64,000 nt of DNA from Actinomycetota bacterium. GTDB taxonomy: Bacteria; Actinomycetota; Thermoleophilia; Solirubrobacterales; 70-9. The stretch is taken from assembly GCA_046725395.1 (NCBI GenBank), contig JBKOYL010000008.1:3920-67919 (forward strand). Reading direction: 5' to 3'. A program made the translations under genes and the position numbers. Under the pieces are notes generated by a model that searched no databases, was not told the DNA's origin, and saw only the letters and a program-made list of their open reading frames with translations. This document shows positions 9,608 to 18,988 of this stretch, piece after piece (the stretch's first letter is position 1; every line of letters begins with the position of its first letter).

Positions 9608-10642
9608 GTGCCGACGGCCCTGATCGAGCGCTACCGCGATCACCTTCCGCTCGAGCAGGGGGACCCCGTGGTGACCTTGAACGAGGGCTCCACGCCGCTG
9701 ATCCACTCACCGCGCCTTTCGGAGCGGGTCGGGGCCGCGGTCTACCTCAAGTTCGAGGGCGCCAATCCGACCGGGAGCTTCAAGGACCGCGGGATGACGG
9801 TCGCCGTGTCGCGAGCCAAGGGCGCCGGGGCGGAGGCGATCATCTGCGCGTCCACCGGCAATACCGCCGCCAGCTGTGCGGCGTACGCGGCCCGGGCCGG
9901 GCTGCGGGGCGCTGTGATCGTCCCGGAGGGCAAGATCGCGATCGGCAAGCTCGCCCAGGCGCTCATTCACGGCGCCCGCGTGATTGCGTTGGAGGGCAAC
10001 TTCGACCAGGCGCTCGAGATCGTTCGCGAGCTTGCGAAGAAGCATCCGGTGGAGCTCGTCAACTCGGTCAACCCTTACCGGATCGAGGGCCAGAAGACCG
10101 CCGCCTTCGAGACCTGCGACGAGCTCGGCCAGGCACCGGCTGCGCTCGCCATCCCCGTAGGAAACGCCGGCAACGTGACCTCGTGGTGGGCGGGATTCCA
10201 GGAGTACGGCACCTCCCCGATCCTCTACGGCTACCAGGCCGAGGGCGCCGCGCCGCTGGTCGAGGGCCACCCGATCTCAAAGCCCGAGACCGTCGCTTCC
10301 GCGATCCGGATCGGCAACCCCGCCCGCTGGGAGGAGGCAATGAACGCGTTCACGGCCTCGCGTGGGCGAGTCGCGGCGGTCAGCGACGAGCAGATCCTGG
10401 AGGCCTACCACTGGGTCGCCTCCAGCGAGGGAATCTTCTGCGAGCCGGCCTCGGCCGCGTCTGTAGCCGGTCTGCTCGCCCACGGCCTGCCCGTCGCCGA
10501 CGGGATGGCCAAGCCGGAGACGGTCGTCTGCGTGCTCACCGGCCACGGCCTCAAGGACCCCGACACCGCCCTGGGCAAGGCACCGGCGGTGACCGGCTGC
10601 AAGGCGGAACTTGCCGAGGTCGAGAAGGCGGTCTTCGACTAG
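9608..10642 (+). CDS. thrC: Threonine synthase
   Basis: PLP-lysine motif [10 protein letters not shown], a GNTAAS loop and GNAGN. Starts 1 nt after the hom stop. Confidence 0.9.
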   Translation: MPTALIERYRDHLPLEQGDPVVTLNEGSTPLIHSPRLSERVGAAVYLKFEGANPTGSFKDRGMTVAVSRAKGAGAEAIICASTGNTAASCAAYAARAGLRGAVIVPEGKIAIGKLAQALIHGARVIALEGNFDQALEIVRELAKKHPVELVNSVNPYRIEGQKTAAFETCDELGQAPAALAIPVGNAGNVTSWWAGFQEYGTSPILYGYQAEGAAPLVEGHPISKPETVASAIRIGNPARWEEAMNAFTASRGRVAAVSDEQILEAYHWVASSEGIFCEPASAASVAGLLAHGLPVADGMAKPETVVCVLTGHGLKDPDTALGKAPAVTGCKAELAEVEKAVFD

Positions 10643-10698
10643 CTTCGACCCCGATTCTGTCCGTGGGCCACACGATCGGCGGTAGCTAGCCTGGGCGC

Positions 10699-11031
10699 AT
10701 GGCTTCGCAGCCGCGCGTCGAGCTTCTCTGGTGGCGAGAGTGCCCCTCCTGGGAGCGGGCGCTCGCGATCCTGCGTGAGGTAATGGCGGAGGCCGGCCTC
10801 GATCCGGACTCGATCGAGGTCGTCGAGGTCGACACCGAGGAGGCGGCGGCGCGACAGTCATTCGTCGGCTCGCCCACGATCCGGGTCGATGGTGAGGACA
10901 TCCAGCCGCCCATCGGGGGGGAGCCGACCGGTCTCGCCTGCCGCGTCTACCGCCGCCGGGACGGTCGCACCTCGCCGCTGCCCGAGACCGACGACGTCTT
11001 GGAGGCGCTGCGGTCAGCCGTCGGTCGTTGA
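10699..11031 (+). CDS. Small thioredoxin-fold (glutaredoxin-like) protein with single CPSW motif
   Basis: ELLWWRECPSWERA...GSPTIRVDG matches the layout of a Trx-fold beta-alpha-beta followed by a cis-Pro loop. High GC3. Confidence 0.55.
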   Translation: MASQPRVELLWWRECPSWERALAILREVMAEAGLDPDSIEVVEVDTEEAAARQSFVGSPTIRVDGEDIQPPIGGEPTGLACRVYRRRDGRTSPLPETDDVLEALRSAVGR

Positions 11032-11049
11032 CGGGATAGCCTCCGGCGA

Positions 11050-11577
11050 ATGCTGATCGCGATGGGCCAGCGGGCCCCCGATTTCGAGCTCCCCGGCACC
11101 GATGGGGAGCGCCATCGCCTCGCGGACGGGGCGGCCGCGACGGTCGTCTACTGGACCTGCAATCACTGTCCGTACGCGCTCGCCTGGCACGAGCGCATGC
11201 TCGAGGTAGCCCGCGACTACTCCGCCCGGGGCGTTCGCACGGTCGCGATCAATTCCAACGACGCTGAGCGGTACCCCGCCGACTCCTTCGAGGCGATGGT
11301 CGAGCGCGTCGATAGCGAGGGCGGCTGGCCGCATCCCTACCTTCACGACGCCAGCCAGGAGGTCGCCGCTGAATGGGGGGCCGAGCGAACTCCTCATGTC
11401 TACGTGCTCGATTCGGAGCTTCGGCTGCGTTATACCGGCGCGCCAGACGCGGACTACGACGACCCCTCACAGAGGGCGGCCTGGCTCCGCGACGCGCTCG
11501 ATGCCGTGTTGGAGGGACGCGAGCCGGAGCGGTCGGAGACTGAACCCGTCGGCTGCACGATCAAGTGGCGGCGATGA
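11050..11577 (+). CDS. Thioredoxin/redoxin (AhpC/TSA-like) family protein
   Basis: CxxC active site WTCNHCPYA, in the usual position after a beta strand (AATVVYW). Also has the APDFELPG N-terminal motif. Confidence 0.75.
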   Translation: MLIAMGQRAPDFELPGTDGERHRLADGAAATVVYWTCNHCPYALAWHERMLEVARDYSARGVRTVAINSNDAERYPADSFEAMVERVDSEGGWPHPYLHDASQEVAAEWGAERTPHVYVLDSELRLRYTGAPDADYDDPSQRAAWLRDALDAVLEGREPERSETEPVGCTIKWRR

Positions 11578-11578
11578 G

Positions 11579-12457
11579 GTGACCGAGCGACGAAGGCTGG
11601 TCAAGGTGCCGGCCTCCTCGGCCAACCTCGGGCCGGGCTACGACGTGCTCGCCGCCGCGCTAGCCGTCCACCTCGAGCTGGAGGTCGAGGAGACCGGGGC
11701 CTTCTCGGTGGAGGCCAAGGGGCTTGGCGTGCCACTCGACCGCTCCAACCTCTGCGTGCGGGCGTTCGAGTCACTGCGGCCGGCGGACGGGATCGCCTTC
11801 CGCATTCGGAGCGGCATCCCCCTGGCCGCGGGCCTCGGCTCGAGCGCAGCCGCGATCGTGGCCGGGCTGCTTGCCGCCGACCATCTGTACGAGCTTGCGC
11901 AGGAGCCGGAGGACATCCTGGTCAGAGCAGCGGAGATGGAGGGGCACCCTGACAACGTCGCGGCCGCGCTCTACGGCGGCTTCGTCGTCTGCGCCAGCAC
12001 TGACGGAGCCGTGACCGCGACCCGGCTCGATCCTCCGCAGGGCGTCGAGGCGGTCGTGGTGATTCCCAACGAGCAGGTTCCGACGGAGGAGGCGCGCCGG
12101 GCGATTCCCGAGAGCGTGCCCGTGGCGGACGCGGTGGCCAACATCTCGGCGGCGACCGAGCTCGTCCTCGGCATCCAGCGCTCGGACCTCACACTGATCG
12201 GGCGGGGCCTCGCGGATCGGCTGCACCAGCCCCATCGCGCCCACCTTTACCCGCGCTCCATGGAGATCGTCGAGGAGGCGCCGAGGATGGGGGCAATCGG
12301 GGCGACGATCTCCGGCGCCGGTCCGACGGTGCTCGTCTGGACCTTCTGGCAGAGCACCGGCGGCGTGATGAAGGAGCTCAGCGAGCGCGTGGGAGACTGG
12401 GCCGAGGTGAAGCGGCTGCCGTTCTCCCCGATGGGCGCGGACGTGCCGGAGCTGTGA
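11579..12457 (+). CDS. thrB: Homoserine kinase
   Basis: VPASSANLGPGYD and the GHMP kinase motif PLAAGLGSSAAA. Start set to GTG 11579, 1 nt after the redoxin stop. The track ORF start at 11396 overlaps the previous gene with an Arg-rich extension. Confidence 0.9.
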   Translation: MTERRRLVKVPASSANLGPGYDVLAAALAVHLELEVEETGAFSVEAKGLGVPLDRSNLCVRAFESLRPADGIAFRIRSGIPLAAGLGSSAAAIVAGLLAADHLYELAQEPEDILVRAAEMEGHPDNVAAALYGGFVVCASTDGAVTATRLDPPQGVEAVVVIPNEQVPTEEARRAIPESVPVADAVANISAATELVLGIQRSDLTLIGRGLADRLHQPHRAHLYPRSMEIVEEAPRMGAIGATISGAGPTVLVWTFWQSTGGVMKELSERVGDWAEVKRLPFSPMGADVPEL

Positions 12458-12783
12458 GGGATTCCCGGAACAGCTCCCTCTCGCTCTGCTCGGAGGACTC
12501 GTTCCTCTCCATCGCGTCAAAGGGCTCCGCCCTCTCGGTCGGCTCGGTCGGCTCGTTCGCCTCGATCGGCTCGATCGGGTCGGCGGGCTCCGCCTTCTCC
12601 ATCGCCTCCGCGGGGTCGGCGGGGTCGGTGATGTCGTTCGCCTCGGCCGGTTCGATCATGTCCGCGCGGGCGCGGGACTCGATCATGGGCGATCGAGAGC
12701 GGTCCGGCGCGGCCCTGCTCGCGGCGGGCATCCTGACCGCCTGCGCCGCGGCGGTGGCGGGGTGGGCCCTCCACCGGCGCTGA
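12454..12783 (+). CDS. Hypothetical tail-anchored protein with (X-X-Ser)x23 tripeptide periodicity
   Basis: GTG overlaps the thrB stop (GTGA). Ser occupies every third residue from 4 to 70. A C-terminal hydrophobic helix is followed by HRR. Strand assignment is not certain (see finding). Confidence 0.5.
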   Translation: MRDSRNSSLSLCSEDSFLSIASKGSALSVGSVGSFASIGSIGSAGSAFSIASAGSAGSVMSFASAGSIMSARARDSIMGDRERSGAALLAAGILTACAAAVAGWALHRR

Positions 12784-12795
12784 CCCGGCCGGACT

Positions 12796-13254
12796 CTAAT
12801 CGAGCAAGCCGACCTGGCGGAGGATCGAGACGGAGTCCGAGTAGACGTCCTTGCGCTTGATCATCCCGTTCTCGTACGGGATCACGTCGACCCCTCGCCA
12901 TTCGATCTTCTTCCCAGTGGGCTCGGCGGTCAGGTCTCCACGACGCATCGTGTTGGAGTGGGTCGCGGTCGCGGTCCACTCCTGGGTGACGACGCCGTCG
13001 CGCACGTAGAGACGACGGGTCTCGAAGTGGATGTCGGGCCAGGTCTCGAAGATCGCGCCGATGTGCTCGCGGACCTCCTCGCCCTGCGCCGACTCACCAG
13101 CCGTGTGGTTCTCGAAGACCATGTCGGGCGCGTGCATCGAGGTGATCGCGTCGAGATCGTGGTCGTTCCAAGCCTGGTTGTAACGGCCGATCGCCTCTTC
13201 GAGACTCTGGGCGGAGTCGTCTCCCACGGCGGACAGGATATGTTCGCCGACCAC
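12796..13254 (-). CDS. SnoaL-like / NTF2-fold protein (ester cyclase-like)
   Basis: YNQAWNDHDLDAITSMHAPDMVFEN and the overall 150-aa layout are typical of the SnoaL polyketide cyclase-like family. Confidence 0.7.
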   Translation of the reverse strand: MVGEHILSAVGDDSAQSLEEAIGRYNQAWNDHDLDAITSMHAPDMVFENHTAGESAQGEEVREHIGAIFETWPDIHFETRRLYVRDGVVTQEWTATATHSNTMRRGDLTAEPTGKKIEWRGVDVIPYENGMIKRKDVYSDSVSILRQVGLLD

Positions 13255-13283
13255 GGAGAGACAAGGGGAACGGAGGAGGAGCT

Positions 13284-13658
13284 ATGGCCGAGGGCTACAC
13301 GATCAAGCACGTCGACGAGTTCGAGGAGATGGAGGGCAGCGGGAACGCGACCTGGCGCCTCGCCCGCAAGACCCTGGGAGCCGAGGCCTTCGGCTTCAAC
13401 GTCGTCGACATCGCCCCCGGCGGCCAGATCCCCGAGCACGACCACGCGGGCGACAACCAGGAGGAGGTCTACATCGTCCTCGAGGGGCGGGCGACGCTGG
13501 TGACGGACGGCGACGAGCGCGATGCGCCGGCGGGCACCTACGCCCGCTACGCCCCCGAGGTCAAGCGAACGATCCGGAACAACTCCGACGGGGACGTCCG
13601 CGCCCTCCTGATCGGCGTCCCGTTCGACAGCGGCTATCAGGGGATGCCCTGGGGCTAA
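13284..13658 (+). CDS. Cupin domain protein
   Basis: Cupin motif 1 (GGQIPEHDHAGDNQEEVYIVLEG) and motif 2 region (GTYARYAPEVKRTIRN). Confidence 0.75.
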   Translation: MAEGYTIKHVDEFEEMEGSGNATWRLARKTLGAEAFGFNVVDIAPGGQIPEHDHAGDNQEEVYIVLEGRATLVTDGDERDAPAGTYARYAPEVKRTIRNNSDGDVRALLIGVPFDSGYQGMPWG

Positions 13659-13700
13659 CCGGCGGATGGAACCCGGGTATTTCGCAAGCTCTCCTGGATT

Positions 13701-13719
13701 GCTGTTCCTATGGAACAGC
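13701..13719. terminator. Hairpin GCTGTTCC-TAT-GGAACAGC between convergent genes
   Basis: Perfect 8-bp stem with a 3-nt loop, in the 120-nt gap between the cupin gene (+) and the 13779..13976 gene (-). Confidence 0.5.
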
Positions 13720-13778
13720 AGGACAGGACAGCCTCGCGGCTTCGCGGAGCCGGGGCGCCCGATGATCGGTTCAGCGGC

Positions 13779-13976
13779 TCAGGAGAACTCTTCGAGCGAG
13801 CGCATCTGCCGGCGCAGCTCGTGGTCCCGCTGATCCGCCGGGACGCCGGACTCGGCGGTCACGGCCTCGTTGTGCCTGACGTCCGCGATCGCCCGGAAGC
13901 GCTCGGTATCCGAGCCCGGGTTGGATGAGCTCCCCGTCGGTCGCTCTCCGCGCTCTGCCTTGTTCTGCTTGCTCAT
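13779..13976 (-). CDS. Hypothetical small hydrophilic protein (65 aa)
   Basis: ATG preceded by GAAGGA. GC3 is high throughout. No recognisable domain. Confidence 0.55.
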   Translation of the reverse strand: MSKQNKAERGERPTGSSSNPGSDTERFRAIADVRHNEAVTAESGVPADQRDHELRRQMRSLEEFS

Positions 13977-14248
13977 CCTTCGTCGTTGTATCAGGTTTGT
14001 GAGCGTTCGCTAAACACTATTTGCAACCGCTCACCGCCCTGAAAGTAGCGGTGCAGGAGCTGCGAAGCGCCGGTCTCCGCCGTTCGCAAATTGCGGTCAA
14101 AGCGGCGTGACCGCCGGTAGGCGCCTCCGCGGCGCCGAGTGGAGCCCCGCCTATAATTCCGCCGCTCCGTCGGTCCAACCCCGTCGCGCGCCCGCTCGAA
14201 GAAGGCGCGGAACCGGAAGCCCAATTGAAGAACTCGTCCCCAGAGCGC

Positions 14249-17200
14249 ATGCGCTACTCCCCTGAGCGCGCGTATCGGCCCCTCGTCGCTCCACCGAGCG
14301 TCGAGGACAAGGATGCGTGCGCGCTCTACGCGTCGGTGCGCCGCGACGCCACCCCGAGCCGCGAGCCGGTCACGCTCGCTCTCGAGTCGTTGCAGAAGAT
14401 GCTCCACCGCGCGGGCAACGTCGACGGCGAGGGGGACGGCTGCGGGCTGCTGGTGGACATCCCGACGAAGATCTGGGCGGAGGAGGTGCGCCAGGGCGGC
14501 CACAACCCGGCGCTTGCCCTCGATGACGCATTTGCCGTCGCCCACCTCTTCGTCGAGCGCTCCCAGGACCTCGAGAAAGTCCGCCACGGAGCCCGCGAGC
14601 TCCTGGGCGCCGCCGGGTTCCGGATCCTCGCCGAGCGCGTTGGGGCGGTCGACTCGGCCGCCCTGGGCGCGACTGCGCGAGAGGAGGAGCCGCAGTTCTG
14701 GCAGTTCGCGGGTCTGGTGCCGGAGGCCGCGGAGGCCGACCGCGCCGTCTTCAACCTGAAGATCGCCCTCGAGGAGAACCTCGGCGTCCACGTCGCGTCC
14801 TTCTCGGGCAAGACCGCCGTCTACAAGGTGATGGGGAACCCGAAGGTGCTCGGCTCCTACTACGCCGACCTCTCCGACGAGCGCATGGAGACGATCGGCG
14901 CCTTCGGCCACAACCGCTACTCGACCAACACCTGGCCGTCCTTCACTCGTGTCCAGCCCTTCGGCGTCCTCGGCCACAATGGCGAGATCAACACGATCGA
15001 GCAGCTCCGCCAGGAAGCGCGGATGCTCGGGGTGCCGATCGGCGAGGGCAACTCAGACTCGCAGGACCTGAACCGGACGATCGAGACGCTGGTCCGCCGC
15101 CACGGCCTCTCGCTGGCCGAGGCCATGGAAATGGTGGTGCCGCCGATCGTCGACGAGATCGCGGCCCTGCCCGAGGAGCTCCACTCCTTCTACCTCTACC
15201 TGCGGCAGGCGATGGGGCCGTACGCACAGGGGCCCGTCGCGCTGATCGCGCGACACATGGACGAGTGCGTCTTCTCCGCCGACGCGATGGGGCTGCGGCC
15301 GCTGTGGAAGCTCGAGACCCCGCACGACTTCATCTTCAGCTCGGAGCCGGGAGTGGTCTCGGTGCAGGAGACGGTCTCCGAGCCGCAGCCGATGGCGCCG
15401 GGCCAGAAGTTCATGGTCATGATCGACCGCGAGCGCAAGCGAGCCACCCTCCATCCGCACGCCGAGATGCTGGCCGAGGTCCGCAAGCGCTGGCTCAGGC
15501 GCGCCGGGACGGACCAGGTTGCCCCGTACGAGCGCGCGCTCCAGACCGGCGGCCCGCTGGAGGGAGCCGAGATCCCCGGCTACACCGACGCCGGCCCGGA
15601 GGAGCCGGTCAAGGTCGAGGGTCGCGTGCTCGCCGGCTTCGGCTGGCAGCGCGACGACGTCAAGCTCGTCCAGCAGATGGCCGACAACGGCGCCGAGCCG
15701 ATCGGCTCGCTCGGCTATGACGGCCCGCTGGCCGCGCTCTCGCCCGAGCGCCAGAACCTGGCCGACTACTTCAAGGAGACGGTCGCGGTGGTCACCAACC
15801 CGGCGATCGACCGCGAGCGGGAGATCGAGCACTTCTCGACCCGCGCGGTGTTCGGCCGCCGACCCTCGCTGACTGATCCGTCGTCCGACAGCGGGACGAT
15901 CGAGACCGACTTCCCGGTCATCCTCGGCGGCCACCACGACCTGGCGCCGCTCTCCGACAGCACCTATCGCCGGATCGCCAACGAGCAGGGCACCTACCTG
16001 CTCGAGGATCTCTGGGCTGCCTTCGGCGCTCGTGCCAAGGCGATCGACATCGCCCTGCTCGAGTCGGAGACGACCCAAGGCGCGATCGAGCGCCTCAGAC
16101 AAGAGGCGGTTGTGGCCGTCACCGAGGGCGCCGAGCTGCTCGTGCTCACCGACCGCACCGTCTATGACGGCGGGCGCCGGTACATCGACGCCCACCTCGC
16201 CACCTCCGCTATCGACCAGGCGCTCAAGCAGTACCAGGTCGGCGAGGGCGAGAACCTGCGACGGCGTTGCTCGATCGTCTTGCGCTCGGCCGCGATCCGC
16301 AACGTCCACGACGTGATGATCGCCCTCGGCCTGGGCGCCAACGGCGTCTGCCCTTACGTGATGGTCGAAGTCATCTGCGTCGACGACTACGAGAACGACG
16401 TCGCCAACCTCTGCTCGGCGCTGCGGAAGGGGATCGAGAAGGTGATCTCGACGATCGGCATCCACGAGGTGCGCGGCTACGCGCGTCAGTTCTCCTCGAT
16501 TGGGATCAAGCCGGAGCTGGCCGAGATCTTCCAGACCGAGGCCTTCGCCGCCTCCGAGAAGGGCGGCGGCACCGGCTTCACCCATCTCGACGCCGACACC
16601 GACGAGCGCCACAAGATCCTCGCGGGCGACGAGGAGGCGAAGCCGGCGAAGACGTTCCGCTTCTACCCCAAGGTCTACAAGGCCGCGATCGCGACAGCGA
16701 ACGGCACGGCCGAGTTCTCCGAGTACTCGCAGAAGGTCCGCGACCTCGAGGCCCAGAACCCGATCTCGATGCGCCACATCATCGGTCTCCGGAAGGAGCC
16801 CGATCGCAACCCGGTCGATCCGGCGCAGGTCGACGCGAGCGTCGGCCACCACGACTACCCGGTGGTGATCAGCTCGATGAGCTTCGGCTCGCAGTCCGAG
16901 CCGGCCTTCCGCGCCTACGCCGAGGCCGCCAAGGCGATCAACATCCTCTGCATCAACGGGGAGGGCGGCGAGATCCCGGACATGTACGGCAAGTACCGCA
17001 AGTGGCGCGGGCAGCAGGTCGCCTCGGGCCGCTTCGGGGTCTCGGCCGAGATGCTCAACTCGTCCTACGTCGCCGAGATCAAGATCGGTCAGGGGGCGAA
17101 GCCCGGCGAGGGCGGCCATCTCCCGGGCAAGAAGGTCTCCGAGAAGGTCGCCGCCGCCCGAAACGCCTCACCGGGCACCGACCTGATCTCGCCCTCCAAC

Positions 17201-18892
17201 AACCACGACCTCTACTCGATCGAGGACCTCGCCGAGCTGATCGACGAGCTCAAGACCGTCAACCCTGATCTTCGTGTGTCCGTGAAGGTTCCGGTGGTGC
17301 CGAACATCGGCACGATCGGCCTCGGGATCGCCAAGGCGGGCGCCGACATCATCACCCTGTCGGGCTTCGAGGGCGGCACCGGCGCCGCGCGCCAGCACGC
17401 GCTGCGCCACGTCGGTCTGCCTTCGGACATCGGCACCCGCGCGGTGCATCGCGCGCTGATGGAGGCGGGGATCCGCAATCGGGTGGAGATCTGGGCCGAC
17501 GGCGGCTACCGCCACGCGCAGGACATCGTGAAGCTGCACTGCATGGGGGCGAACCGGGTCGCCTTCGGCACCCTCGCGATGGTCTCCCTCGGCTGCACGA
17601 TCTGCCGCGGCTGCCAGCTCGACACCTGCCACGTCGGCATCGCGACCCAGATCGAGACCGTCGAGCAGGCCCAGGAGCACGGACTCAAGAAGTTCACCCC
17701 GCAGGCCGTCGACTCCGCGGCCGAGAGCTGTGCCCGCTTCTTCCAGGCGATGGGCGAGGAGGTCAAGGAGGTCGTCGCCTCGCTCGGCTACGAGCGCGCC
17801 CAGGACCTGGTCGGCCGCTACGACCTGCTCGAGCAGATCTCCCACCAGGAGAAGATCGACCTGGCGCCGCTGATCACGCCGCTGGAGGAGTTCCTCGACC
17901 TCGAGCCGATCGATCTCCCGGTCACCGAGGAGGTTCTGGTCGAGGCGCGCGCCGAAGCTGGCCTGGTCCGGGCCAAGCCGCTGCGGATGGAGCCCAAGCA
18001 GGCCTCGGCCGAGATCGCCGCCGTCGCGGACAAGGTGTTCGACGGCTCCTGCGTGAGCGTCGAGTTCCCGCGGCGCACCGACGCCCACGACCGCGTGCTG
18101 GGCACGGAGCTCGCCGGCGCGATCGCGCGCGCCCGGATCTACGACGGCGCGCCCGAGGGCACCGAGGCCGATGAGCTCGCCGAGCTCGTCTTCAACGGCG
18201 GCAGCGTCGCCGGCCAGGGCTTCGGCGCCTTCAACGAGTGGGGTGTGATCTGCCGCGTCGAGGGCGGCGCTCAGGACGGCGTCGGCAAGACGATGCTGGG
18301 CGGCACCGTCTCGATCCTGAAGGGGAAGAACGCGGACGGCCGGCGCGTCAATGGCTCGGTGGGCAAGTCGTTCGCCTACGGCGCCCAGCGGGGCCGCCTC
18401 TTCGTCCAGGGTTCGGCCGACTCCCGCTTCTGCATCCGGCTCTCCGGCGCCGACGTGGTGCTCGCCGGCGAGCCGGAACAGCCGCTGGACGACTCGCAGG
18501 GCTGCATCGTGGACCGCGCCAACGCCAAGGGCTTCGCCTTCGAGTACATGACCTCCGGCCGCGCGGTCGTCCTGGGCGACATCGGGCCGTGGGCGTGCGC
18601 CGGAATGACCGGCGGGCGCGTCTACGTCCGCGTCGACGAGGAGCTCAACCTCGACCGCGACGCGATCCGGCGCCGCCTCGGCGAGGGCGCCAAGGTGACC
18701 TTGGAGCAGCTCGACGCCGAGGGCCAGCTCGACGTCGAGGACCTGCTCGGCCATTACGTGACGGAGCTGCGGCTCACCGGTCAGGCCGAGGAGGCCGATC
18801 GGATCCAGTCGCTGGCCGCGGACGCCAAGCGGAACTTCCTGATGATCATCCCTGAGAAGGTTCAAGCGGATCCGAGCATCTCGACAGAGTAG
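14249..18892 (+). CDS. gltB: Glutamate synthase large subunit
   Basis: Ntn-amidotransferase Cys context (DKDACALYASV), GHNRYSTNT, the FMN/Fe-S region LGCTICRGCQLDTCHVGIATQ and a C-terminal GXGXG-type domain. Start is uncertain: TTG 14225 in the track, ATG 14249 chosen here. Confidence 0.9.
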   Translation: MRYSPERAYRPLVAPPSVEDKDACALYASVRRDATPSREPVTLALESLQKMLHRAGNVDGEGDGCGLLVDIPTKIWAEEVRQGGHNPALALDDAFAVAHLFVERSQDLEKVRHGARELLGAAGFRILAERVGAVDSAALGATAREEEPQFWQFAGLVPEAAEADRAVFNLKIALEENLGVHVASFSGKTAVYKVMGNPKVLGSYYADLSDERMETIGAFGHNRYSTNTWPSFTRVQPFGVLGHNGEINTIEQLRQEARMLGVPIGEGNSDSQDLNRTIETLVRRHGLSLAEAMEMVVPPIVDEIAALPEELHSFYLYLRQAMGPYAQGPVALIARHMDECVFSADAMGLRPLWKLETPHDFIFSSEPGVVSVQETVSEPQPMAPGQKFMVMIDRERKRATLHPHAEMLAEVRKRWLRRAGTDQVAPYERALQTGGPLEGAEIPGYTDAGPEEPVKVEGRVLAGFGWQRDDVKLVQQMADNGAEPIGSLGYDGPLAALSPERQNLADYFKETVAVVTNPAIDREREIEHFSTRAVFGRRPSLTDPSSDSGTIETDFPVILGGHHDLAPLSDSTYRRIANEQGTYLLEDLWAAFGARAKAIDIALLESETTQGAIERLRQEAVVAVTEGAELLVLTDRTVYDGGRRYIDAHLATSAIDQALKQYQVGEGENLRRRCSIVLRSAAIRNVHDVMIALGLGANGVCPYVMVEVICVDDYENDVANLCSALRKGIEKVISTIGIHEVRGYARQFSSIGIKPELAEIFQTEAFAASEKGGGTGFTHLDADTDERHKILAGDEEAKPAKTFRFYPKVYKAAIATANGTAEFSEYSQKVRDLEAQNPISMRHIIGLRKEPDRNPVDPAQVDASVGHHDYPVVISSMSFGSQSEPAFRAYAEAAKAINILCINGEGGEIPDMYGKYRKWRGQQVASGRFGVSAEMLNSSYVAEIKIGQGAKPGEGGHLPGKKVSEKVAAARNASPGTDLISPSNNHDLYSIEDLAELIDELKTVNPDLRVSVKVPVVPNIGTIGLGIAKAGADIITLSGFEGGTGAARQHALRHVGLPSDIGTRAVHRALMEAGIRNRVEIWADGGYRHAQDIVKLHCMGANRVAFGTLAMVSLGCTICRGCQLDTCHVGIATQIETVEQAQEHGLKKFTPQAVDSAAESCARFFQAMGEEVKEVVASLGYERAQDLVGRYDLLEQISHQEKIDLAPLITPLEEFLDLEPIDLPVTEEVLVEARAEAGLVRAKPLRMEPKQASAEIAAVADKVFDGSCVSVEFPRRTDAHDRVLGTELAGAIARARIYDGAPEGTEADELAELVFNGGSVAGQGFGAFNEWGVICRVEGGAQDGVGKTMLGGTVSILKGKNADGRRVNGSVGKSFAYGAQRGRLFVQGSADSRFCIRLSGADVVLAGEPEQPLDDSQGCIVDRANAKGFAFEYMTSGRAVVLGDIGPWACAGMTGGRVYVRVDEELNLDRDAIRRRLGEGAKVTLEQLDAEGQLDVEDLLGHYVTELRLTGQAEEADRIQSLAADAKRNFLMIIPEKVQADPSISTE

Positions 18893-18988
18893 GTCGACGG
18901 CTTCGCCACCAGCGGCGCTTCGAAGGTCTACGTCGCGGACACTGCCAATACCACCGAGACCTGCGAACCTAGGCCCCGGGCGGGAGGT

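Noticed and set aside
12463-12663. Collagen-like or hexapeptide (LbH) repeat interpretation of the Ser ladder
   Set aside because: Collagen needs Gly at every third residue. Here the invariant residue is Ser, and Gly is present in only about half of the triplets. There is no [LIV]-G-x4 hexapeptide signature.
12378-12731. Minus-strand ORF with (E/D)-P-x repeats, opposite the Ser-ladder ORF
   Set aside because: It mirrors the + strand repeat. Its 3' end runs antisense into thrB, with A/T-rich third positions and Arg/Pro-rich sequence, and it has no good RBS. It is kept as the alternative hypothesis in the finding, because GC3 can't discriminate over the repeat.
15053-17119. 688-aa ORF on the minus strand, plus several 100-330-aa + strand ORFs inside gltB
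   Set aside because: These are alternative frames of a gene with unmistakable GltB motifs. Their composition is dominated by R, G, A, P and D.
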